Below are positions 17,128-26,545 of a stretch of DNA of 64,000 nucleotides, piece after piece. The notes below the pieces were generated by a model. It was not told where the DNA came from. It made no database searches and saw only the letters and a list, made by a program, of their open reading frames with translations. The DNA comes from an uncultured Chloroflexia bacterium (lineage in GTDB: Bacteria > Chloroflexota > Anaerolineae > Anaerolineales > Villigracilaceae). The stretch's first letter is position 1. Every line of letters starts with the position of its first letter. The position numbers and the translations under genes are program-made. Location of the stretch: assembly GCA_963785535.1 (NCBI GenBank), contig CAWAVQ010000007.1, positions 183,502-247,501 on the forward strand. Direction: 5' to 3'.

Positions 17128-19038
17128 ATGAAACTTCGTACTACCCTGTTTTTTGCATTGATCGCCCTTACCCTCAGCGCATGTAACTTTACCCTGGCGC
17201 GAGATGTCACGCCTCCGCCTGGCGCTATCCAACAAGTGCAGGCGCAGCCCACGCAGGGACCGGTCTTTCCGGCCCAGGCTCCTGACTTGAAAAACGGCGC
17301 AAGTATTTATGCGCAGGAATGTACTCCTTGTCATGGCAGCCAGGGATTGGGCGATGGCTCAATGAGCGCACAACTTGCCAGCCAGAACATTACCGTCCCC
17401 GCTCTGGGCTCCCCGCAGACCGCAAACGCCGCTAAGCCGTCGGATTGGTTCTTAATGGTAACGAAGGGCAACATGCAAAGCTTCATGCCACCCTTTGAAA
17501 GCAAATTAAGTGAACAGGAACGCTGGGATGTCGTGGCTTATGCCCTTTCTCTCAGCACCACATCCGAACAGGTCAACCAGGGCGAGCAACTCTTCAAGAA
17601 AAATTGTGCCGATTGCTCGACCGATGCCTTTACCGACCAGGGAAAGATGGCCACGCTCTCGAGAGACGATCTGGTCAAAACGCTTTCCGAAGGTGGGGAC
17701 GGCATCCCAGCCCTGGGAGAGAAACTTTCACAAGACGAACTGACTGCCGTGGCCGACTACCTGCGGACTCTGACCTTTGGCGCTCCTTCTCTGGCGGCCG
17801 AACCTGCTTCCGCTGCTGCAACCGAAGCCCCCGCCCAGGCCGGGACTCCCTCAGCGGAGGGGACGCCGGTGGAAGGCACGCAGCAAGCTGGGACCGCGCC
17901 TGAAGCGACTCTTGCCACTACCAGTGTTGGCCTCGTCAGCGGAAAAATCGTCAACGGCAGCGGCGGAGAGGTTCCCGCAGGCACGACCGTCACCTTACAT
18001 GGCTTCGAACATTCAACAGATACAAGCAGTAGTACCAATACTACTCCCCAGGAAGTGGTTACAGAAACTGCGCAAACCGGTGCGAGCGGCACATACACCT
18101 TCAATGATGTAACCATTCCGCAAGGGCGTATTTTCCTGGCCGAGGCAAGCTACAACGGCACCGTCTTTCAATCTGGCCCGGTCGTTGTCGATGCCGGCGC
18201 GAGCGATTTAACCGTCCCGGATATCACAGTCTATGACAGCACAACCGACAACAGTGGATTGGTCGTGGAGCAATTACACGTCAGCTTCGACATGGCAGCA
18301 GATGGCGGCGTGCAAGTCTTTGAGCTTTTCACCATCAGCAATACGAGCGACAAAGCCTTTGTCTTCTCCACAGACGGTAGCACCTTGCCCTTCATGCCCC
18401 TGCCAGAAGGCGCGTCGAATGTGGGTTTGGAGCTTTCACAAAACAGCGCTCCCATCATGCCGACCGAAAGCGGCGATTACGCCTTGCCGCCCAGCCAGGA
18501 TCTTTATTCCATCATTGCCTTCTTTAACATGCCTTATGACAACTCACTGGAACTCACACAACCTCTGGCGCTTCCCGTGAGTTCTGCGCTGATCATCGTA
18601 CCGGAGGGCATCAAAGTCAAAAGCGATGTGCTGACTGACGAAGGCACCCAACAAACACAACAGGGTGCCAACGTTCAAGTTTATTCGAGCGGCAGCCTGA
18701 GCGCCGGGTCGCCACTTGAAATATCACTTTCCGGCAAGGTCAATTCTGCCGCAACGAGCAGCACGGGCAATAACCAAACCCTGTTGATCGGTGCCGGTGC
18801 CTTTGGTATCGTGCTCATCCTGGCTGGCGTCTGGATGTTCATGCGAGACCGTGGCAAGGTAGATGAAGATGGTTTCGAAGAGGCCGAGGAAGAAGATGAA
18901 GACGAGTTCGAAACGTCTGAAGAGGTCATGGACGCCATCATCGCCCTGGATGACCTGTATCGCGCCAAGAAGATTCCCGAAGAGGCATACCAGACGCGCC
19001 GAGAAGAATTGAAGGAAAAGTTGAAAGAGTTGGCATAA
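17128..19038 (+). CDS. Lipoprotein with monohaem cytochrome c domain, degenerate second c domain, beta-sandwich region, TM helix and acidic helical tail
   Basis: Lipobox LTLSAC. CTPCH with a distal MPPF. The second domain has CADCS, lacking the His. GKIVNGSGGEVPAGTTVTLHG looks like a carboxypeptidase-regulatory-like domain. TM helix LLIGAGAFGIVLILAGVWMF. Tail IALDDLYRAKKIPEEAYQTRREEL. Confidence 0.6.
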   Translation: MKLRTTLFFALIALTLSACNFTLARDVTPPPGAIQQVQAQPTQGPVFPAQAPDLKNGASIYAQECTPCHGSQGLGDGSMSAQLASQNITVPALGSPQTANAAKPSDWFLMVTKGNMQSFMPPFESKLSEQERWDVVAYALSLSTTSEQVNQGEQLFKKNCADCSTDAFTDQGKMATLSRDDLVKTLSEGGDGIPALGEKLSQDELTAVADYLRTLTFGAPSLAAEPASAAATEAPAQAGTPSAEGTPVEGTQQAGTAPEATLATTSVGLVSGKIVNGSGGEVPAGTTVTLHGFEHSTDTSSSTNTTPQEVVTETAQTGASGTYTFNDVTIPQGRIFLAEASYNGTVFQSGPVVVDAGASDLTVPDITVYDSTTDNSGLVVEQLHVSFDMAADGGVQVFELFTISNTSDKAFVFSTDGSTLPFMPLPEGASNVGLELSQNSAPIMPTESGDYALPPSQDLYSIIAFFNMPYDNSLELTQPLALPVSSALIIVPEGIKVKSDVLTDEGTQQTQQGANVQVYSSGSLSAGSPLEISLSGKVNSAATSSTGNNQTLLIGAGAFGIVLILAGVWMFMRDRGKVDEDGFEEAEEEDEDEFETSEEVMDAIIALDDLYRAKKIPEEAYQTRREELKEKLKELA

Positions 19039-19218
19039 TCCTCGCTGAGCGGAGCGATAGCGAAGTCGAAGCGCAAATAACTTGATAGTCGCCCTTCGAC
19101 TACGGGTCTCCCTGGCCCGTTCGGCCACCGTTCGTGCCGTGAGCACACCGGTGCGAAACGGCAGGACGGGCGATATGGTGAAAAAACATCACCTACTCGA
19201 CCCTCCGCTCAGGACGAT
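19039..19218. repeat. REP-like palindromic intergenic repeat, copy B2 (composite, 180 bp)
   Basis: Left arm tcctcgctgagcggagcgatagcgaagtcgaagcgc. Right arm ctcgaccctccgctcaggacgatag. Internal ccttcgactacg sub-hairpins. Confidence 0.6.
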
Positions 19219-19226
19219 AGAAAATC

Positions 19227-19925
19227 ATGATCGAAGTCAAAAAACTCGTTAAACGCTTTGGCCTGAAAACCGTACTGCGCGGACTGGACTTCCAGGTCCA
19301 GCCGGGTGAGTTCGTGGCCCTGCTTGGTCCCAACGGCGCGGGCAAGACCACTTTCCTGCGCATCCTGGCTTCGCTTTCGCGGCCCTCTATGGGACAGGTG
19401 CAGATCGCCGGTTTTGCCCTGCCCAAAGAGGCTGCGGCTGTCCGTGCCCGGCTGGGAGTGGTCTCGCACATGCCCCTGCTTTATAACGACCTGACCGCTG
19501 AAGAGAACCTGAAATTTTACGCGCGCATGTATGGGATTGCACATTATGAAGCACGCATCACGGAAGTCCTTGAAATGGTGGGCCTCGTCCAACGTCGTCA
19601 CGATCTGGTGCGCACTTTCTCGCGCGGCATGCAACAACGACTGGCAATCGGCCGCGCCGTACTGCATGACCCGGACGTGATGTTGTTCGACGAGCCTTAC
19701 ACTGGCCTCGACCAGGACGCCTCGTCCATGCTGGACGGCGTGCTGCAAACCGTCGCTGGTCAGGGACGCACCGTGGTGATGACCTCCCACGACCTGGCGC
19801 GCGCCGAAGATCTGGCCACCCGTTTCGACATCCTATCACGCGGTGTGATCGCAGCCTCATCCACGCGCGAGGGACTTGGCAAAGGCAACTTGCTTACCTT
19901 TTACAAAGGTGCGCTGGCAGCTTAA
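19227..19925 (+). CDS. ccmA: Haem exporter ATPase CcmA
   Basis: ABC ATPase with Walker A GPNGAGKTT, signature FSRGMQQRL and Walker B MLFDEP. Immediately upstream of ccmB. Confidence 0.85.
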   Translation: MIEVKKLVKRFGLKTVLRGLDFQVQPGEFVALLGPNGAGKTTFLRILASLSRPSMGQVQIAGFALPKEAAAVRARLGVVSHMPLLYNDLTAEENLKFYARMYGIAHYEARITEVLEMVGLVQRRHDLVRTFSRGMQQRLAIGRAVLHDPDVMLFDEPYTGLDQDASSMLDGVLQTVAGQGRTVVMTSHDLARAEDLATRFDILSRGVIAASSTREGLGKGNLLTFYKGALAA

Positions 19926-19926
19926 C

Positions 19927-20640
19927 ATGGCGGAGCAAACCATCACGACCACAAAAACAACGGCTAAGTCCAACTATTGGAAAGCCATTGCAGCCATCAC
20001 CTGGAAGGACCTGGCCGCCGAACTGCGCTCACGCGAACTGCTCTCGGCCATGCTGGTCTTCTCGCTGTTGGTCATCCTGATCTTTAACTTCGCCCTCGAA
20101 CTGGATATCAAGACCCGTCAATCGGTTACAGCCGGTGTGCTGTGGGCAACCTTCGCCTTTGCGGGCACGCTTGGCTTGAACCGCTCTATGGCTGTCGAGA
20201 AAGACCGCGGCTGCCTGGACGGACTCTTGCTGGCGCCGGTAGACCGTTCTGCCATTTACTTTGGTAAGGTCATCAGCAATCTGGCTTTCATGCTGATCGT
20301 AGAAGCTATTGTGTTGCCAATCTACAGCGTGCTGTATAACATCAACCTGTTCCAACCGGGACTATTGATGGTTATTTTATTAGGTTCGGTTGGCTACGTC
20401 ACCGTCGGGACTTTGCTTGCCAGCATGGCCGTACAAACCCGCACCCGCGATGTGCTGCTGCCCATCCTGCTCTTCCCGGTGGTTGTGCCGATTTTGATCG
20501 CGGCGGTCAAGGCCAGTGGCGGCTATCTGACCGGCGCCGGGATGGAAGAAATCCTGCCCTGGCTCAATTTGTTGATCGCCTATGACGTAATTTTTACTGC
20601 GATCGCTTTTATGGTTTTCGATTACGTTGTTGAAGAATAA
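19927..20640 (+). CDS. ccmB: Haem exporter permease CcmB
   Basis: Six-TM protein. ATG 19927 is 1 nt after the ccmA stop. CcmB-like DRGCLDGLLLAP segment. Confidence 0.8.
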   Translation: MAEQTITTTKTTAKSNYWKAIAAITWKDLAAELRSRELLSAMLVFSLLVILIFNFALELDIKTRQSVTAGVLWATFAFAGTLGLNRSMAVEKDRGCLDGLLLAPVDRSAIYFGKVISNLAFMLIVEAIVLPIYSVLYNINLFQPGLLMVILLGSVGYVTVGTLLASMAVQTRTRDVLLPILLFPVVVPILIAAVKASGGYLTGAGMEEILPWLNLLIAYDVIFTAIAFMVFDYVVEE

Positions 20641-20745
20641 GGAAAGAGAATAGAGATCAGTGAATAGAAAATAGTCACGATGACACTCCACCCTTCACTG
20701 CTCTCCACTTTCTACTCTCTATTCACTACTTTATAGGAGAACTTT

Positions 20746-21444
20746 ATGGACAAGAAACCCACCACTTTGCTCGCCCTCGATATTATTTCCCTCATTCTAT
20801 TGGGCGTATCCGCTTACCTGGCTTTGGTCTTCGCTCCCACCGAAGCCGTGATGGGACAGGTGCAGCGCGTGTTCTACTTCCACGTAGCCACCGCCTGGGT
20901 CGGCATGTTGGGCTTCATCGCTGCGGGTGTCTCCGGTATTGTCTACTTGCGCACCGCCGACTTGAAATGGGATCGGGTCGAATTTGCGGCTGTCGAAATC
21001 AGCCTGGTCTTTTTCTTCATCGCTATCGTACTTGGTTCCATCTGGGCCCGCCCCGTCTGGAACACCTGGTGGACCTGGGACCCGCGTCTGACCACCGCCG
21101 CCATCACCGAGTTGATCTACATCGCTTACTTCATGTTGCGTGAGGGCATCGAAGACCCAGATCGCCGCGCGCGCTTTGGCGCCGTCTACACCTTGATCGG
21201 CGCGGTCAGCGTGCCCATTACCTTCATGGCTATCCGTCTGTTCCGCACTATCCATCCGGTGGTCATCGGTACTGAGAGCGCGCAGGCACAGGGCGGCTTC
21301 AACATGACCGGCGATATGAAGGTGGCTTTCTTCTTCGCCCTGTTCGCTTTTACCGTTATCTTCGTAGACCTGTTCTGGAACCGTATTCGCATGGGCACAC
21401 TGGCCGACAAAGTCGAGCAACTCAAACTCAAGGTTATGCAATAA
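20746..21444 (+). CDS. ccmC: Haem exporter/haem-handling protein CcmC
   Basis: Polytopic protein with the WNTWWTWDPRLT WWD motif and flanking His residues. Confidence 0.9.
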   Translation: MDKKPTTLLALDIISLILLGVSAYLALVFAPTEAVMGQVQRVFYFHVATAWVGMLGFIAAGVSGIVYLRTADLKWDRVEFAAVEISLVFFFIAIVLGSIWARPVWNTWWTWDPRLTTAAITELIYIAYFMLREGIEDPDRRARFGAVYTLIGAVSVPITFMAIRLFRTIHPVVIGTESAQAQGGFNMTGDMKVAFFFALFAFTVIFVDLFWNRIRMGTLADKVEQLKLKVMQ

Positions 21445-21453
21445 GAGGCAAAC

Positions 21454-21615
21454 ATGTTTTTTTTAGAGACTCCTCCCGACACTTCCTCCTACATGGTTGC
21501 TGGATACGCCGTCGCTTTCGGCGTGATGCTGATCTACGTCCTCAGTCTGTTCATCCGCTCCCGTAATTTGAACCGTGATTTGTCCACACTCGAAGAGATG
21601 GACAAAGATAAATAG
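21454..21615 (+). CDS. ccmD: Small single-TM protein, CcmD-like
   Basis: 53-aa ORF not in the supplied track (below the size cut-off): MFFLETPPDTSSYMVAGYAVAFGVMLIYVLSLFIRSRNLNRDLSTLEEMDKDK. Position directly after ccmC and the single helix fit CcmD. Confidence 0.55.
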   Translation: MFFLETPPDTSSYMVAGYAVAFGVMLIYVLSLFIRSRNLNRDLSTLEEMDKDK

Positions 21616-21640
21616 CCCCAAAATAACCATTGCACACACG

Positions 21641-21676
21641 AAAGAGTCCGCTATAATGAAAGGGGACTCTTTTTAT
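21641..21676 (+). terminator. Rho-independent terminator ending the ccm cluster
   Basis: Stem aaagagtcc/ggactcttt (21641-21649/21664-21672) followed by a T run. Confidence 0.75.
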
Positions 21677-21680
21677 TAGG

Positions 21681-22526
21681 ATGGCAGGGAAACACTATCG
21701 ACGCAGCCTCGGCTTATTGGCGGTGAGCATCTTCATCGTCCTGATGGGAAGCGCTTTCACTTCTTCCCCGGGTCTTTCCCTGCGTGCTGCTCTCGATACG
21801 CCTCCCGGCCCTGACCGTTATACATCCATCCTCGTCGATTACAACGTTAATACGTGGTGGATGGCCCGTTACGATAATAAATCGCTGGCCTGTGAAATTG
21901 TCGTCGACCACGAAGGGCTGCCAACCGTAGACGAAGTTTATACACAATGCGGTCAGGATATCGCTGACGAATGGTTCAACCAGGATCTTTGCACTGAGAA
22001 CAAATACAAAGATTGTGAGGGGTATTATTTCTACAAAGTGAGTTCTGTGCCGGAGCAACGCGAAGTGGCGGTAGAATTGCCCGCAGCGAAAGCCTGGATC
22101 AACCTGGAAGATTGTTCCCCCTTGACATCCATATCCACCAACCTGTGCGAAGTCCTGCCAAAGCTGGTGATTACTGGCGAAGAGCCCCTGCCCAACGAAG
22201 AGATCACGGGCATCGGTGGGCTGATTGACGGTGTACCTTTCACCTGTGACTCGCCCTGTCATATCCGCCTTGCGCCCACAGACGCAGATGGCGTCACCGT
22301 GGAATTCTGGGCCTACTCCAGCTATGGGGATAGCAGCGAAACCTATACCGCACAAGTACGTGTGGCAGCCGACAACGAAGGCAATCCCGACCAATCCTAC
22401 TGGTTCGTTGATGTACTTAGCAGCCAGTGGGTCGGCGTGCCGGTAGCCAGTTGCGCCGAGTTCATGGGATTCCTTTCCGCCCGTGGGTGGTCCGCCGTTT
22501 TGGCTCACCACGCCCAAACGCGCTGA
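21681..22526 (+). CDS. Secreted Cys-rich protein, N-terminal part of a probable split lytic-transglycosylase gene
   Basis: Signal/TM segment LGLLAVSIFIVLMGSAF. The reading frame of the next ORF is already open from 22447 and overlaps this one. Confidence 0.55.
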   Translation: MAGKHYRRSLGLLAVSIFIVLMGSAFTSSPGLSLRAALDTPPGPDRYTSILVDYNVNTWWMARYDNKSLACEIVVDHEGLPTVDEVYTQCGQDIADEWFNQDLCTENKYKDCEGYYFYKVSSVPEQREVAVELPAAKAWINLEDCSPLTSISTNLCEVLPKLVITGEEPLPNEEITGIGGLIDGVPFTCDSPCHIRLAPTDADGVTVEFWAYSSYGDSSETYTAQVRVAADNEGNPDQSYWFVDVLSSQWVGVPVASCAEFMGFLSARGWSAVLAHHAQTR

Positions 22527-23313
22527 AGACTTGAACACCGAAGTTCCCTATGCCTATCTAGCCGCCAAGTTGATCACGGCTGGTGTGGTAGATGCCAGCA
22601 AGTGCGAAAACGGTGGCTTACTTTCAGACAGCTACGGAGCCAACGCCTGCGGACTGGAGGTTGCCCATACGGACGTGGTCGACTGGCAGAATCGCTTTGA
22701 TGAACTAATCCTGGAAGTTGCTAAGGATACCGGCGTCCCGGCGCAGATGCTCAAAAGGCTGTTTGCGCGCGAAAGCCAGTTCTGGCCGGCCCTGTTCCAG
22801 GACAGCGACATCGGCCTCGGACAACTTACTGAAGACGGGGCTGATACAACGCTCTTATGGAACTCATCATTCTTCGACCAGTTCTGTCCGCTGGTGCTCT
22901 CGACCGATCAATGTGAAAAAGGCTATCTGCATATCAGTGAGGCCGAGCAGGAAATACTGCGTATCGGATTGATCAACACCGTCAATGCAACTTGCCATGA
23001 TTGCCCGCTTGGCATCGATCTATCGCAGGCTGATTTCAGCGTCAGAGTGTTTGGGCAAACGCTGCTGGCAAACTGCGAACAAGTTGGACGCATCGTTCGC
23101 AACGTCAGCGGGAACGCGCCAGGGAACGTTGCGTCGTATGAAGACCTGTGGAAATTCACGCTGGCGAATTACAACGCCGGGCCAGGTTGTATCGGCGAGG
23201 CCATACAAGCTACCAAGAGTAACGGCCAACCTTTGGTGTGGGAGGATGTGGCTGCTAATTTGAACGGGGTATGTAGTATTGCTGCCGATTATGTAAGTGA
23301 TATCAGCCAATAA
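22483..23313 (+). CDS. Lytic transglycosylase (SLT) domain protein, C-terminal part
   Basis: ARESQFWP (catalytic Glu-Ser), GLGQLT and ANYNAGPG motifs of the SLT/GH23 family. Confidence 0.7.
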   Translation: MGGPPFWLTTPKRAEDLNTEVPYAYLAAKLITAGVVDASKCENGGLLSDSYGANACGLEVAHTDVVDWQNRFDELILEVAKDTGVPAQMLKRLFARESQFWPALFQDSDIGLGQLTEDGADTTLLWNSSFFDQFCPLVLSTDQCEKGYLHISEAEQEILRIGLINTVNATCHDCPLGIDLSQADFSVRVFGQTLLANCEQVGRIVRNVSGNAPGNVASYEDLWKFTLANYNAGPGCIGEAIQATKSNGQPLVWEDVAANLNGVCSIAADYVSDISQ

Positions 23314-23538
23314 TAGACATCTTGCATAAGTGCTCTCGTCGCCGTACCCCAGCCGGGGCATGCCGCCTAGAGCGTGTTAGTATTTTGACTTTTGCAAGAG
23401 GTCTAATCTACCAAAGAGCGTAAATGACGATGGAGGCGCAATACTCGCGTCTTCATTGCTTTTAACATCTTTGCCGCGCTTGCCAACCTGTGCTAAACTT
23501 GGCAAAGTACTGCTGAGGCCCCCGCCAAAGGAGATTCC

Positions 23539-25551
23539 ATGCTGACTCTCGTCGAGAAAATAGTATTCATCGTTGCCGTTCTTGGCTCCCTTTATTTCAC
23601 CTGGATTGGCGTCCAGCGTATCATCAAGATCATTGGACGTGGGCAGGGCAAACCGGACTGGTCACTGGTACGCAAGCGACTGTGGGAAGAAACCCTCAAT
23701 GTTGGGACCTTTCGACCCCTGTTCCGTTTCAAACTCGGCCCGAGCCTGCTTCATGCTCTGATCGGTTGGGGCTTCCTTTACTTTGTGCTCGTCAACCTGG
23801 CCGATTTGTTGAACGCTTACATTCCCGGCTTTCGCTTTGGCGAGAACATGGGCCTGCTAGGGGACATTTACCGGTTGTTGGCGGACCTCTTCGGAACGGG
23901 CGTTGTCATCGGTATCGTCGGGATGGAAATCCGCCGTTTCATCATCCGGCCCAAAGTGTTGACCGCTCGCGAGTCAATAAAACTCGACCCGCGAGCCCGC
24001 GCGGGTATCCTGCGCAACTCGGCCATCGTGGCCGCGTTCATCTTCATCCATGTCGGTTCTCGCCTGCTGGGCGAGTCCATGTACCTGGCGCAAAACGGGA
24101 TCGCTGACAGTTGGCAACCGATCGCTTCAACGATAGCAAGTTTGATGTCCGGCATGAGCCGCACAGCGCTTGAGGTCGGGCAACATGCTTCTTTCTGGTT
24201 GTCCTTGGGCGCGATCGTGGCCTTTCTGCCGTATTTCCCATATTCCAAGCACATCCATCTTTTCTTCAGCCCCATCAATCACCTGCTCAAGCCGGAACGC
24301 AAGTCCATCGGCGAGTTGGGCTACGTGGACTTCGAAGATGAAAGCATCGAGCAATTTGGCGCGACCAACCTGGAGCATCTGGGCTGGGAGCAGTTGCTGG
24401 ACAGCTATGCCTGCATTATGTGCATGCGTTGCCAGGAAGTCTGCCCGGCTTACAATACCGGCAAGGTTTTATCACCGGCTGCACTCGAAATCAACAAACG
24501 CTATTATCTCAACCATGAAGAGGGAACAAAGTTTGCGGATGGTGATGAGAGCAAACCGCTGACCGAGTTTGCCATTAGCGAGGAAGCCGTTTGGGCCTGT
24601 ACCTCTTGCGGCGCTTGCGTGGACATCTGCCCGGTGAATAATGAGCCGATGCGCGACATTCTCAACATCCGCCGCTCACTGGTGTTGATGGAAAACAACT
24701 TCCCCAAGCAATTGGAGAATGCCTTCCGCGGCATGGAACGCAACGTGAACCCGTGGAACGTCTCGCCTGCTGAACGCATGAAGTGGGCCGAAGGGCTGGA
24801 TATGCCGACCATCGAGAAAAATCCTGAGCCTGAAATTCTGTGGTGGGTCGGCTGCGCCCCCGCCACCGACGCGCGCGCCCAGAAGACCGCCCAGGCCTTT
24901 GCCAAAATCCTGAATGCCTCCGGACTGAACTACGCCGTGCTGGGACAGAACGAGGGTTGCACCGGTGACTCCGCCCGCCGCGCCGGCAACGAATATTTAT
25001 TCTTCGAACTGGCCACTGCCAACGTGGAGATGCTGAACGAGGTCAAGCCGCCACGCATCGTGACCACCTGTCCGCATTGTCTACATACGCTCAAGAACGA
25101 ATATCCGGCTTTTGGCGGCAACTACGAGGTCATTCATCATACACAGTTGATCAACGAGTTGGTCGGCGCAGGGAAGATCCAGATGAACGTGGAAGGTGAC
25201 TCGATGCAAGTGACCTTCCATGATCCGTGCTATTTGGGTCGCCATAACCATATTTTCGAGGCCCCACGCGAAGACCTGAAGGCCGCCGGGCTGATCACGG
25301 TTGAAATGCCGCGTCATGGCGCGAAATCCTTCTGCTGCGGCGCGGGTGGCGCGCAGATGTGGAAGGAAGAGGAAGAAGGCACGGCCTCAGTGAACCATAC
25401 GCGTTTCAAGGAAGCCAAAGCCACCGGCGCCAAGACGCTGGCGGTTGGCTGCCCCTTCTGTATGACTATGCTGAACGACGCTTCCAACGCGGATGGCGGA
25501 GAAGTGAAAGTCAAGGATGTGGCCGAGATCGTGGCGGAACGGTTGAAGTAG
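23539..25551 (+). CDS. Membrane-bound Fe-S oxidoreductase: NarI/DsrM-like TM domain fused to an HdrD/GlpC/DsrK-like module
   Basis: About 6 TM helices with conserved His. Two ferredoxin motifs, CIMCMRCQEVCP and CTSCGACVDICP. Two CCG-type Cys-rich regions (WWVGCAP..., FCCGAGG). Confidence 0.75.
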   Translation: MLTLVEKIVFIVAVLGSLYFTWIGVQRIIKIIGRGQGKPDWSLVRKRLWEETLNVGTFRPLFRFKLGPSLLHALIGWGFLYFVLVNLADLLNAYIPGFRFGENMGLLGDIYRLLADLFGTGVVIGIVGMEIRRFIIRPKVLTARESIKLDPRARAGILRNSAIVAAFIFIHVGSRLLGESMYLAQNGIADSWQPIASTIASLMSGMSRTALEVGQHASFWLSLGAIVAFLPYFPYSKHIHLFFSPINHLLKPERKSIGELGYVDFEDESIEQFGATNLEHLGWEQLLDSYACIMCMRCQEVCPAYNTGKVLSPAALEINKRYYLNHEEGTKFADGDESKPLTEFAISEEAVWACTSCGACVDICPVNNEPMRDILNIRRSLVLMENNFPKQLENAFRGMERNVNPWNVSPAERMKWAEGLDMPTIEKNPEPEILWWVGCAPATDARAQKTAQAFAKILNASGLNYAVLGQNEGCTGDSARRAGNEYLFFELATANVEMLNEVKPPRIVTTCPHCLHTLKNEYPAFGGNYEVIHHTQLINELVGAGKIQMNVEGDSMQVTFHDPCYLGRHNHIFEAPREDLKAAGLITVEMPRHGAKSFCCGAGGAQMWKEEEEGTASVNHTRFKEAKATGAKTLAVGCPFCMTMLNDASNADGGEVKVKDVAEIVAERLK

Positions 25552-25600
25552 CCAGCCTCCACCTCACCCAAAAGAGAGTACACCCACTCAACCAAATCCA

Positions 25601-26254
25601 ATGGAACAACAGAAGTACAACACTATGGGGAATAACTCCCGAGGCAAACGGTTTCTGGCGACTGTGGGCCGGATCGTTTTATTCGTAGTAATCACCCTGA
25701 CATTGCGTTCGCCGGACTTGCTGACTGCCACGGCAATGCTTGACAGACCCAATCCACAAATTGGGCCCAAGGATGCGCCGGTCACCATCGTCGAATTCGG
25801 GGACTATGGCTGCTCGAGCTGCCTGATATGGGCGGCGGCCGGGATGCGTCAGCAGTTGTTGGACAAATATGGCGATAAAGTGCGTTTTGTCTGGGCAGAT
25901 TTTCCCGCTATCACTTTGGAATCGCCCAAGGCAGCCGAAGCAGGACGATGCGCCTACGACCAGGGCAAGTTCTGGGAATATCAAGACTACTTGTATAACA
26001 ACTATCAGGGCCTAGAAATCCCTTATCTCAAGTACTACGCTTATCGCGTCGGCCTGGATCAGACGGTGTTCGATCAATGCCTGGACAGCGGGGTCAAGAA
26101 GGCCGAGGTTAACCTCGATTTCCAGGATGCCATGCTCAGATCTATCGATGCCACGCCGACCTTCTTGATCAACGATAAGGTAGCGATTGTCGGGATGGCG
26201 CCGCTAGATAAGTTTGCCGCCATTATCGATCCAATACTGGCCGAAGCCCACTAA
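25601..26254 (+). CDS. DsbA-like thioredoxin-fold protein
   Basis: N-terminal TM/signal segment. FGDYGCSSC CxxC motif. DsbA-type C-terminal TPTFLIND. Confidence 0.75.
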   Translation: MEQQKYNTMGNNSRGKRFLATVGRIVLFVVITLTLRSPDLLTATAMLDRPNPQIGPKDAPVTIVEFGDYGCSSCLIWAAAGMRQQLLDKYGDKVRFVWADFPAITLESPKAAEAGRCAYDQGKFWEYQDYLYNNYQGLEIPYLKYYAYRVGLDQTVFDQCLDSGVKKAEVNLDFQDAMLRSIDATPTFLINDKVAIVGMAPLDKFAAIIDPILAEAH

Positions 26255-26368
26255 GAGACTGCTTTCTGAATGGAAATCATACGAGCAACTGTGGCAGAAA
26301 GAAGAAAACGGTGAGTTCAATGTCGTGGTGGAAGAGTTGATGTAGACAGGTATTAGTTCTCAGAAATC

Positions 26369-26502
26369 AAAAAAGGCGGACGATGATGTCCGCCTTTTTT
26401 GGCACCCGAAGGGGTCGGGGTTGAGGAGAACTTGTATAATATAGTTGTCATTCAAGATATAAGGTTGTTAATCGGCGCGCCGATTAACATGTGGTTGGGC
26501 GG
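26369..26502 (+). repeat. Repeat A, copy 1: terminator hairpin + TATAAT tract + 20-bp perfect palindrome + GTTGGGC core
   Basis: aaaaaggcggacgatgatgtccgcctttttt (26369-26400), ...cttgtataat..., TTAATCGGCGCGCCGATTAA (26468-26487), GTTGGGC (26494-26500). About 80-90% identical by eye to 33407-33539 and 34912-35039. Confidence 0.85.
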
Positions 26503-26545
26503 TTTACGATCAAGATGTAAAAAATACAGAAAAAGAAGGCGCATT

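Noticed and set aside
26466-26489. The 20-24-bp palindrome TGTTAATCGGCGCGCCGATTAACA as a minimal attC site
   Set aside because: Its polarity is GTT...AAC (a stem with GTT at the 5' base), the reverse of R''(RYYYAAC)...R'(GTTRRRY). It is perfectly symmetric and far shorter than any attC. An operator or other protein-binding site is more plausible.
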